The notes beneath the pieces are model-generated. The model was not told the origin of the DNA. It saw only the letters and a program-made list of their open reading frames with translations, and searched no databases. Position numbers and translations under genes: made by a program. DNA of 60,106 nucleotides, filler included, from Sphacelaria rigidula (taxonomy: Eukaryota): the NCBI GenBank assembly GCA_964200075.2. It is 10 parts of 10 records of this genome, joined end to end, with 100 filler letters (N's around TTAATTAATTAA, not from the genome) between each part and the next. Parts side by side here need not be neighbours in the genome. Positions count along the whole stretch, not along the records: positions 12,043 to 17,963 come from CAXNAA020023480.1; positions 18,064 to 23,984 come from CAXNAA020023481.1; 8 more parts are not named here. One strand, 5' to 3'. Of this stretch, positions 12,971 through 24,084 are shown piece by piece. Every line of letters starts with the position of its first letter. Position 1 is the first letter of the stretch.

Positions 12971-13482
12971 AAACTGAATTATCTTCATCATCTAATCCGA
13001 CGGCGGTGTTACTATTTGTACACACACATAAAATCATCACACAAAATTAATATTTATCAATGTCAAGGTGGAGGACGTGCTGAATAATTGTACATTATCT
13101 CGCCGGCAGCACCACTGCGAACAATCCGTCCTACCACAACACCGCCAGCAGCAACTTCTCCATGTGCACGTGAGGCACAGACAATGGTGCTGCTTGTACC
13201 CATCATTGTCAAAGCAACAACTCCCGAAACAAGACATGGAGCACCCACACCACCACCATCACCATCATGCTCATTATATGAGGCGACACGTGCTCAGCAG
13301 TATGACGCAGTACTGCATACGTGCAAACGCGTAACCGTCATCCCATCCCCACGCGCTGATCCATAACAATTCACAATTTGAACAACGTCCAACAACAGCA
13401 ACACCCATCATACCACCAGGGAGACTTGAAAAAATCATGGATTATGACAATATCGCAACCTCATCACCATCATCTTCCTTCA

Positions 13483-13688
13483 CTATGCAGACTTTATATT
13501 GACGCCGCCTGCCGAAGGTGCCGCTGCCTGCGCCGCCGCTGCCTCGGCCCGCCTCAATGCCGCTGCTCGCATCCGGTCTCTCCTGTCGGACAATTCCCGT
13601 TCCCGAGTCCCGTCTCCCCCGGACGTACCGCTACTACCGCTCATACCTGCGTTACCTCCCGCCGTTCCTGATAGGCTCATGCCTGACC
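13483..13688 (-). CDS. DESI2: PPPDE/DeSI isopeptidase, last exon (end of SHP box plus VIM motif, stop TAG)
   Basis: TGTGTTGTGCAG acceptor, phase 1 matches the previous exon; GSGMSLSG...RRDRMRAAALRR...SA*. Confidence 0.8.
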
Positions 13689-15578
13689 CTGCACAACACA
13701 AAAATACGTGGCTTCTGTGAGCGAGGAGCATTGAGCTAGACAGGTGTGATGCCACCAGTTAGACCTTGCCAAAAACGAAACCAACTTTAGCACCAACTTT
13801 AGCACAAAGTGTAGTACTGACTTGTCCAAAGATTACACCTCCGGGTGTGGACAAGGAAAAAGGGTAGAGTAGACAGTACTGGCATTTGCAATTCCTTCGA
13901 GTTTGAGTAGGGAGCGTGGGAAGACCGCCGGACTTCGAGTCACTAGGAGTATTGTATTTATTCTTGTTTTTCCGCACCTTACGCCAATATCTCCAACTCA
14001 TGGCCACAGACGTAGGCTCGTGTTTCTAGTACCGTGACCAATCTATTATATCACCAAAAACGTGTCCATTTTATACATGTCATGTAGGAGGGACCATGCG
14101 AGGTACGTGCAGAAGTAATTCACGCGAGCACGCCTCAACAGACATCATTAACAACGATGGCGTAATGACCAGGGCAAGTGTCAAGTAAACACACCCTGGA
14201 CAATAGATTATGTCACGGTTCAGATCACCGAATCCACGATTATTCAGGCTTGATTGCTCAACAAAGAGAAAAAAGTTGACCGCTGGTCAAAAATGTCTCC
14301 GCGCAATTTTTGCGCCATTCCGCGTGCCTGGGCTGCACGTACCTGGGTTGTAACACTGAAAACAAAGCCTGAGGATCGATTCGTACGGTACGAATCAATC
14401 ATACTAAAATCAAGTAATTTTCAGACGAATCATCAAATCGTCTGACCCTTGTATTCTATTGTAAAAAAATGTACTGTGTACAGAATGGAATATTTTGTCT
14501 GTTGCAATAGGCGCAAAAGTCGATACTATACGCACTACAGTTTTTGAATGTGCACTCTTTTCTCCAGGGTATGCAAGTAACCAGTGTATTAATACTGCAC
14601 GACTTTCTGTCCATGTCGTCGGCATGTCGTCGTGCCCACCTCACGCACACCCTCGACGGTGGACGGCTCTTGTTCGACATGTACATGTATCTTGATTCAA
14701 CCATCGCTGAACCACCCTTCAAAATGCAACGGCTGTGGCAAGTCACGATACCATATGGTTATGTGCATGCGGATTGGTGCCAAAAGGATGACGTAAAACG
14801 GCACGCGAAAGCTGCCAGCCAACATGCACCGACAGCACCTGGGACAGACAGTACCAACACCAACTCGTCAAAGCCTACGCCAGATGGGTAAAGCATCGTG
14901 TTTGGTTCCTATCTCTGAATTGTTCACCCCTTGTTCCTGGTGGTTCCCTGTCTGTTTTTTGCTTCATCTGTGCCCCCCCCCCGCCGAAAACAAGCCTGGA
15001 TCTGTCTTATTGTCTTTTGTATTCCTTTCTCAGCGTTTTATTCTTCTATTTTTTTCATTTCTTTCGTATTTCTCCACTTTTTTCTTCCGTTTTCTGATCA
15101 CGGGCTGGAGTGTTGCAATCAGCGACGTAATGCGAGATAACCATCCCGTTGGTTGTTCGTGTTTGTGTATTGTTGCTGTTGTTGTCGCTGCTTCATTCCT
15201 TCTTTCCTTTCTGTGGATGTTGCTTCTGTCTCTTCTGTTCCTTCCCTCCTTCCTTTCTTATTCTGCTCTCTTTTGCTGCTCCTGACCACGAGCTGGATTG
15301 TCGCAATCAGCTAATGTGAGGTAGTCAATTAATCAATCAATGCGACGCCGTTGCAGGCGATACGGATGACGTTCTACCAAACGTGTTCACTCACGCGGTA
15401 TGAGATATGAACAGTCTCGACGATTATTACCTGACATCGATGACCCTTAATCCTAACAACCACCAGGACCATTAAGAACTACGAGTATAATAACGTGAAA
15501 AACTGCACACGTCTTGACAAGCACAACCATCAGCACCTACGCCGGCACTGCACCAGCAGCGCCATCAATATCACACAC

Positions 15579-15749
15579 CTGCAAAGGCGCTGTACGGTCC
15601 CTTTCCTCCACTCCCAACCCCCCGACCGCCGACAGCACTCGTTCGTCCCGGCGGTGCTATCATTTGGTAACCCGACGATGCCGTGGATCCGTCGTTAACC
15701 GGCGCTTCGCCCAGCAAGTGCGGTGGCACGAGGCATGAGAACCATGACC
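15579..15749 (-). CDS. DESI2: PPPDE/DeSI isopeptidase, internal exon
   Basis: AG/GT bounded, phase 1-1, 171 nt; GSWFSCLVPPHLL continues the conserved NRLA.xG.xC..P motif. Confidence 0.85.
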
Positions 15750-17014
15750 CTGACCACGACACAGCAGCGTTGGGGCAATAGGAGACGTGTGTTTCTTGTA
15801 GCCATGTGCGCTTTGAAAGCGCCTTCCATCGCCTCCCATGTTCTTGCTGTAGTTGTTTTTGCTGTTGTTGTTTCTGACCCGAGCCATTTCCCAAAATCTA
15901 GCGCTCGTGGTGACAAAGCCATGGCACAAAAGTCAGAATACAAGGGGATAATAGATACAACAATAGATACACCAGTACGCCCACGAACATGAAGACACGG
16001 CGTCCCGAAGGGCGGGGTCCTACAATACAGCCACATCGGCGAAAAAAATAAAATACCCACAAATATGCTTAGGACTCCAGAGAACACTCTCAAATGAGAA
16101 AAAAATCATCGGCTGCGCCGTACGTGGGCCATAGGGAGCCAAAATAGAAGGTATGCTGCTTTGGAGAGGAGATAGTCATTGAAATAGGTCATACGGGAAA
16201 GTTTGGCACGCGGGCAGCTTCTCTGAAATCGGCATGTCTGCATATGCAACTAGACCTCGAATAGTGAGTGTGTTTCTTGTTGGTTTTGTGGGTGCATTGC
16301 GTGATTGATTATCATTTGATGATTGATCGTCGCACACATCAAAATAACTGATCCGGCATGGATCACGATCCAGCCACGCTTACAATATAGACGCACCGAA
16401 GGTAACTCAGCGAAAACCTTCGCAAGCGGAAACTCGACAGAAGGATAGAAGGAACAACGAGGAGGGGAACAAGCAGAAAATGAATGACACAAAAAAATAA
16501 AAGAGCATAGCAAGGGAAAAGACAACATCAACAAAATGCCAGTTGCGAGAGAACCGTCGACAGCGCCTTGCCGCATAGAGCTAACTCCACAGTAGGAGGT
16601 CGTCACCATGACCGTGGAAGTAGGTGGAGACGCAGCTATCTGGGGACCGCACCATTGGGGGGAAGGTATGAAAGGGGTATATACTGATGCGTTGAGATAC
16701 TGGTGTGAATAAAACAGCGACGTGGAAAGGCCATATCGAGAGCGATCACGTCTCGTTTCGTTGGAATGGCATGAAACAAAGTGGCATCATCTGCTGCTGA
16801 AAAAAAGTCGCGGTACACTCATGTCTTCCAACGACGTACAGGCTTTTTGGAGAGCAAAAAAGCGCAATCCAGGCCAACAGCTATTTCAACAAATTGCACT
16901 CGATTGCCAGCAGCTCTTGTAGCAAAGAGAACACCTCAACACCTCAATACCGGAGCGCAATAATCGGCCATCCATCACAATCCTGTCAAAAAACGGCAAC
17001 ATCAAAATGCTCAC

Positions 17015-17227
17015 CCATCCAGGCGAGGCGATTCACGTATCCCGGAATAGGCCTGCCCAAGAGTGCTTCGCACAAGGCAGACGAAAACGTGTTGCAATTC
17101 CGTGTGAGTACGTTGTACCGATCAGGTCCAAACTCATCCCGTAACGCGTCCAACGCACGCTCTAGGACCCCTGGCTCCCCGCTGAAGGACCCCATGCTCA
17201 AAGCTTCTCGAAAGCGAGCACCGGGTG
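17015..17227 (-). CDS. DESI2: PPPDE/DeSI (peptidase C97) isopeptidase, catalytic-Cys exon; upstream exons not found on this contig
   Basis: PGARFREALSMG...YNVLTRNCNTFSSALCEALLGRPIPGYVNRLAWMG is the PPPDE NCN motif region; TAG acceptor and GTGAG donor. Confidence 0.92.
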
Positions 17228-17963
17228 CTATGGTTGTAGTAATTCGAAGGGGAAAAGCAATCGACAGAGAACACGCGGAATGTTTTGGGGGGGGGGGGAA
17301 AAGTACTCACTTGTCGCTTGCCTTCTTCATTTGACCAGTGACCACGCACCCCTTTCGAGACAGAGTACCGTTCCTACTCCTAACAGAGATACCTCCTGCA
17401 TTTGGGAGCTTATTAAATTTTGCGCACACAGCACATGAGAAGCTTTTACATGTAGTATCCCCTTCCTGCTTTTCTCGCCACCATCTGATGTGTCAAACTT
17501 CTTCATGTCATGGGCGGGGAAGGGTGAATTCATGATCTCGCATGTCGTAGTCATGAGACCATTGACCTTGCATCCCTATATAGTCGGGACGGAGCACGCC
17601 TGATTTTCACCGGAATAGGCTCGCACTCACGAAGCACGAAGCGCTGTGATGTGTTCGGCGAGTCGCACGAAGGTTGAGTTGCATCCTGCTACGATTGTTC
17701 GGCCCGAAGCGTGCTGATTACCTTGCATTTGGATGGCAGCCTCGAATTAGTTGCTTAATTTTCTGGCATCGCTAATTACAGAGACAGCGACGGGTTACAC
17801 ACTGCCTCGCGGGTGTAACACTACGTAGTACGATCATCCCCTTCGCGCGGTTATAGGAGGTTGTAGGAGGTCTGTTGTAGGAGGTTTGGTCGGTGAGGGA
17901 CATTTTTGTTTTCATTTCCCAAGTCCGACACTACCTGGGTGAGGGGGCACTCCCTCCTTGGTG

Positions 17964-18063
17964 NNNNNNNNNNNNNNNNNNNNNNNNNNNNNNNNNNNNN
18001 NNNNNNNTTAATTAATTAANNNNNNNNNNNNNNNNNNNNNNNNNNNNNNNNNNNNNNNNNNNN
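17964..18063. other. Artificial contig linker
   Basis: Same cassette. Confidence 0.98.
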
Positions 18064-18104
18064 AAAACTGTAGTATGTGGTTTATTGGTTGTTTGCCTCC
18101 GGGC

Positions 18105-18148
<44 letters not shown>

Positions 18149-19420
18149 CGGAGGCGCCGTGCCCGAGGCACGTTTTTACGCGATCTGGGTTCACTACAGC
18201 AAAAAAAAATGTGTTCTGTATGTAGCATACGTAGCCGGTACGGCTTAATAAAGCCTGGAACGGTAAATAATGGTTTGAAACCATTATCCAAAATTATCCA
18301 AAATTTTCATATAGCCATTCCCATCATCACCATTGTGATGATAATGGCCAGCTATATCTGGGACCATTTCCGCGCTCTACTACTAACCCCCGGACCGCGA
18401 TGCGGGTAGTCCATCTGGATTACACATACTTTTTTCAAGTGAAATTGACGGCTATTCAGCAGGTGACCTACCGTCGCAGTCAAGAGGGTTAAACCCTCGG
18501 TACATGTCTCTTGCGACCGCGGCTGGATTCGAAGCAGATACGCAAAGAGAAAAGGAACAAGTAATGTATCGCAATCAAGCAAGCAAGCAGTCAATCAATC
18601 CCCAGGAAAAAAACAATCAATTAACCAATAAATCATCAACAAAATATGAAATATGCTCGTAGACGGGGGTGTTATACCCCGTCATCTTTGTCTAGCTCAG
18701 GCGCATGTTTCATGCAAGACATGCCCCGATGCGGCTATAGGCCGTAGGTACCTTACTCTTCATCCTCATATGTGAAGGAATCCCTACAGTTCAGCACACC
18801 AGGACATAATTGGCAATTGGGTTTCTTCGTTACCTGTTCATAGCCACGTATCGCATCTGCATATCCCCGTTCCTGCTGCTGCTTGTTGCGTGGTTCGGAT
18901 GTGCGGATAACAACTTGGACTGCAACGGAACTACAAACGCTGAGACAAATACCGCACTACATGCACTCAACGCCAAAGTAAGCAGAAGGTATATTGAACC
19001 CATAATCGTTCGCCACCTATAACCTCCGGCGGTACTGTGTGCTGCAATTACTGTACCGACTGCACTCTACACGGTGAATGGGATCAGAGAGAATATTTGC
19101 GGGTCTGAAGAGTGAAGCATATGTGAAATAATAAAACAAATACTGAAGATCATCAGGAAAACGGTAACCGCAAAGGGGGTCAGGGAACAGCGCTTATCAA
19201 GCCGAGCGGGGGTGGTGTACATCTGATGTTGATATTTTCATGAAACGGATAAACGTGGCAGTAAAAATTATCTGAAGGTACAGTCTGAGCGAGAAAAACG
19301 ATTCATTTCAAGACGCAGACGTTTTATGTTTCCAGAGCTTTGAGTCTCGTCTTGTAGCTCCAACATAAAAAAGATCAACTCGGCAGGGGTCAGCCATCGC
19401 GGCGGGCGTGCGGGCGAGTC

Positions 19421-21469
19421 ATGCAGAGGGGCTTCCTGCTCACCGCCAACACGCCAACGGAACAAAAGCAGCTTGATCAAGATGGTTCAAACACATGGAA
19501 ATGTCGGTGCACCCTGGTCAATGAGAGCCACGCTATAAGATGTCTCGCCTGCGGGATTCCCAGACCAAGACAGGCACAGCGAACTGCGGCCGCGGGGCGA
19601 GGTGCATCTCCCACTCTAGGACGCGCCGTTAGCGGAGCAAGTACTTCTAGTGGAAAATCGTCCAGGTCTTCTGAATCGAGTTCTCCAGCTGGTGTCACCA
19701 CCGCCATAGCCGGGGCGGACGGGATCGAGCTAGCTCGCAGAAGTAGGCCGTCGTCATCCAGTAAAGCCGAAAAGTCGGCCGCACCAGCAGCGATCTCAAC
19801 CGAAAAGAAGCGGGGTAACACCATCAGGGTGGCGTCCGGCGGACAGTCGAGATCTGCAGCTAGCCGGTTAGATGTGGGAGGATCTCGCGCGGATGCGGTA
19901 AAGTCGCAGAGGCGCAAGGGTTCTTCGTCGAGCGTGAAGGAAGGAGGAACAAGGAAGGGTGGAGGGGCTCGAGCAACAACAGACAGGAAACGGTCCGCGA
20001 GTGGAAACAAAAACGGTAGTTGCGCCGCGCCTCTCGCGCCGTCGGCCAACAGGAAACAGCGATCAGCTGCAGTGACGTCGTCGGGCACCCCACAAGTAGC
20101 CGTTGCAGCGGGTCTCGTCGTACCTTCATCGTCGCAGTCGATTTCACGGAAGAGTTCATCGTCCATGGAGGAGGGCGATCCCGCAGCTGAGGCAGCTGAG
20201 GCGGCATCGCGACAGCTTCGGGCCGACGAGGCGCACGGGATAAAGCGACGGGCTGTGGCGGCTGCGCTGGCCAGGGCGGCGTATGGACGGGCGAAGAGAC
20301 TAAAATATGATGCCATTGACGTGGACTGGTCCCCTAAAGATCACGTGGAGGGCGCGGCTAGACGCATCTGTGCCACCTTGGGCATAAGCAGCCTGGAATC
20401 TCCGACCGAAGGAAGGACTGGGAGCGGTGGGGGAGGTCGGGGCTACGGTGCTTCTGCGCCTGCGGAATCGGGTGTGTTGAACGGTGCTGAGTGGCAGACG
20501 CTGGAGATGAGTTCATTGTTTCCGTTGCCGCCACCCAAACCTCCTCGATACGTGAAGCGTGGGGTGTACTCGTCGGCACCTGATGCTGCGGCCATCGCTG
20601 TCGCGGCTGGATACGCCGTCTCTATCGAGCAGCCACAGGCGGCAGCGACAGCAAGAGTCTTGGCAGCGGCGCCACCGCCCTTCCGCCCCATTCACCACGC
20701 CGCTATCCCTGAAGGTGAGGTTCTTGTGCAAGCACCGAAGCCCCTCAGGGCTACGGACGGCATCGGCGGCATCGGCGGCGTTGGCAAGTCACGTTCGAGC
20801 TCGGTGTCCTCTGGTGTCAGCGATGTGAGTGGTGTCAACAGCACATCGGCTGACGGAGATGCCTCATCGACAGCCGCTGCGGCAGAGGTTATTGGCAGGG
20901 CAGTCGGAGTGGACGGTGGCGGTGGCACGGGTGGAAGTGCGGGAGGCGGTGGGGACACTGACAGTCAGTCCGCGGACGGCACGGATGATGCCGCCTCTAC
21001 TGGCACTGCAACAACACTCGATTCCACTGAGTCGAGCATGACCCTAATGCAAAGAGCGAGTGCTTACAAGGCTATCTTCAAGAACGGAGGGTTACAACCC
21101 AAGAAGCGTCCGCGGAGCCCGGTCGTAAGCGCCCCACTGCGACTGCCGTATCCCATTGCCCCCTTCGGAGTTAGCCTTGCCACGGACGATCTTGAGCGCC
21201 GACCGCCGTGCACAGACGACCATGGATATGTACAGACTGAGGTGGGATCGGAGTGGGCTTGGGGGTTATTGAGCGAGGACGGCCAGGGCAGAGATGATGG
21301 CGACGGGGTGGCAAGGGTTCCGCACAGAGATTTCCGCCTTCCTTACAACGTGATTTACGACGTCCAATACGGCGCGTTCCGGAAAGAGTTCGGGATTCTT
21401 GGCATACGGGGCGTGAATGACGCAATGAACGAATTCGAAAGCATTCAGTCCAACGTCTACATGGGCAAG
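19421..21469 (+). CDS. SET-domain histone lysine methyltransferase (SET2/ASH1/NSD-like), large exon 1 with a RanBP2-type zinc finger and long low-complexity linker
   Basis: 683 codons; WKCRCTLVNESHAIRCLACGIPRP; ends FESIQSNVYMGK|GT, typical of the segment before the AWS domain. Confidence 0.85.
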
Positions 21470-21821
21470 GTGCGCTCACATTTTGTCTATGCGTGGGTAC
21501 GTACCGCGAAGTGCTACTTCGAACGATAGTTCCCGACCTGTTCAACTGTTTCATCAAGTACGGGCGACGGCGCAGGCCCATCGAAGGCGAATATTAGCAT
21601 CTCTTCCTTCGCCCTGATAAACCATTGGTGGTCGAATCGTTGCGATACTGGAATTGACATCCCGACCAACACGAAAACAAACACGTTTGGGTGACAAGCA
21701 AAAGCAATAACGTCCTCTGTCATTCCCGCCCAAACCCCCCTCCCGTGTTACCCCGACGGTACGCTCCCTCGCCTTTCACGTCCACCCGGCTTTTGTCGAT
21801 GTATGTTTTTTTTTTCATTAG

Positions 21822-21980
21822 CCACCCGCTAGAGACGACGGCGAATCTGACAGGTGCAGGTGTCGTCCCCCACCCGATGGACAAGCTGGCTGTACGGACG
21901 CGTGCTCAAACCGGGCTACTAGGGAGGAGTGCTCAAAGCAGACATGTGGGCTGGGCGCTAAGGCGGTTTGTGGAAACAGA
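21822..21980 (+). CDS. SET methyltransferase exon 2 (AWS domain)
   Basis: Poly-T/TAG acceptor, GTGAG donor, phase 0; CRC...GCTDACSNRATREECSKQTCGLG...CGNR. Confidence 0.9.
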
Positions 21981-22497
21981 GTGAGCATGGGCTGTGTTTG
22001 TCGTGTGTGTTTGTTTGTGTGTAGGGCGGGTGCCTCCGCACGAACCAGGTCCATTCTTATCAGACATCGAATTGTGCAAAGGAGACTGTGTGGAGAGCAC
22101 GTTCTTGCATTTTTTTCAACGTTCAAGGGACGTACATTACTTTTTTTAAGATAATTTGATGCCGCCGTGCCATGTCTGGCATCCTTACGACCCGCAATTG
22201 ACAGACAGAACTCCGATTGGGGTCAGCGCTGATGCATATGATACCGACACCTATCAATACTCAGGGTATATAACATGGATTGCAGCCGCCGTGCTGCTTA
22301 CCGGAACTGATGGGTATCATGTTGTCACAAGTTTGGTCGCTTGATATTTGCGGAGCTAATGGGGTACTCGCCGGTATCTAGTTGTACGGAGAAAGATGTG
22401 AAAACATGACATCCTTCAGTACACTTAGCAGCACTTCTGCCTCGGCGGGTATAAGAGGGGGAATTGTAGGCAATTGTAGACGGTCGATTGCAATATA

Positions 22498-23044
22498 AAG
22501 TAGTGGGCGGCGTAAATATTCATCTTGTGGCATTTTGTGATTTTTTTGTAATTAGCGTTTTCTCGGGCTCTTTCCGCTTGCCACCGCTCATCACATCGAG
22601 GATCTGAAGATATTCGTATCCGCTCCACATTCCAAGAAAAAGAAATATCTGTACTCAATAATGAGTGACTTACGGGCTGACCGGTCATCGGGGGTCCTGC
22701 CATGTTTCAGCCCAGATTGTTTCTCATCTGTATTATCGGTCGATCAAGCCCGTCCCGATCATATTTGTGAAGAAATGTACAGTTTTATTTTTAGAAATTC
22801 TGCTAACCCATTGCCCTGGGGCCGAAAAGCTGTGTTTTACGGTCAATGACACCCTCCTGATAAACGGGGTATGTACTCGTTTCGCCCGACAACGCCAACT
22901 GACACTGACTTGGGCACTGTGTTGCGAGGATGATCTATTTATTGTACCAAAATATGCCGATGCTAGCAATTTCGAGGTGTATCGAAGAGTAGTACGCGAG
23001 GAAATGCCCAAAACATCCCCAAATAGTTAGACCGCCCACTACTG
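22498..23044. mobile_element. Tc1/mariner-type MITE (~545 bp) in a SET gene intron
   Basis: TA|AAGTAGTGGGCGG...CCGCCCACTACTG; homologous over its full length to 30360-30899. Confidence 0.8.
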
Positions 23045-23234
23045 TGAGGTAATGAAGTGCCACGTTCCGAACTCGGTAAAGCGGTGACAGACGCACCGTT
23101 TTACCTTGCTTCGTCACCCTCCTTCGTGCCCTGTTTCAGTTTCCAGTCGTTCACTTTTATAGCCCTAGTCTGTGTCCCTGTCCGGTGTCGCCTACGGCGT
23201 TCGATGCCCTTCGTGTTTTCTGAATTTTGAGCAG

Positions 23235-23321
23235 AGAATTCAGCGATACACGCAATCCAACATGCTGAAGAAAATTGAAATAAAGGAGATGGGCGCAAAG
23301 GGAATCGGTGTGGTGGCTAAG
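23235..23321 (+). CDS. SET methyltransferase exon 3 (start of SET domain)
   Basis: RIQRYTQSNMLKKIEIKEMGAKGIGVVAK; CAG/GTGAG, phase 0. Confidence 0.9.
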
Positions 23322-23532
23322 GTGAGGGACAAAAATACGTGTGCCCACATCGCCTACCTTGCACGCCACACAAGCAATAGGTGACACTGATGATGGCCTT
23401 GCATAACGGGTAGGTGTACTAGTACCCCCCCTCCCCTCCTTCACACACATCAATATTTTCTCGCTGTCACTGTTTTTGTGTTGGAAACTTGTTGCATCTG
23501 TTGTGTCGTTTGCACACGCCTTTTTGGTGCAG

Positions 23533-23610
23533 GTGGCGATCCCTGCGGGAACCCTGATCGGGGAATACGTGGGTGAGGTCATGTCGGAGGATGACTGGCA
23601 AGAGCGGCAG
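23533..23610 (+). CDS. SET methyltransferase exon 4
   Basis: VAIPAGTLIGEYVGEVMSEDDWQERQ (EYVGEV SET motif); CAG/GT, phase 0. Confidence 0.92.
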
Positions 23611-23892
23611 GTACTTTGTTTTTCCATTTTTGCCATGATTGTTGTTGTTGTTGTTGTTGTTGTCGTCGTCGTCGTTGTCGTTGCTGTCAGTGGTGGTTGT
23701 CGGCGCGGTTGGGGGGGGGTATGGTGTGGTACCTTATCAAGCTCGATATTCTGCTGTGTATGCAGCTATTTTTTTCGTTTTTTTTTGTGGTGCTTTGCAG
23801 TATCAAAATAATAACGCGTGCCGTGCGCCTTCAAATGTCCTGATTCCGATCTCTCTGCTTGCGCCCCAAAAGTTTAACAGTATGTTGCTCCT

Positions 23893-23927
<35 letters not shown>

Positions 23928-23984
23928 CCTCCCTCCCATGTGGGGGGGCCTCTGCGCGCACGACTGGGGGAAGGCGGGAGGGTG

Positions 23985-24084
23985 NNNNNNNNNNNNNNNN
24001 NNNNNNNNNNNNNNNNNNNNNNNNNNNNTTAATTAATTAANNNNNNNNNNNNNNNNNNNNNNNNNNNNNNNNNNNNNNNNNNNN
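23985..24084. other. Artificial contig linker
   Basis: Same cassette. Confidence 0.98.

Noticed and set aside
19477..20316. 279-aa antisense ORF
   Set aside because: Shadow of the GC-rich SET exon 1
21470..21529. C-terminus of the 702-aa ORF
   Set aside because: Read-through into an intron; the conserved protein continues by splicing at 21469
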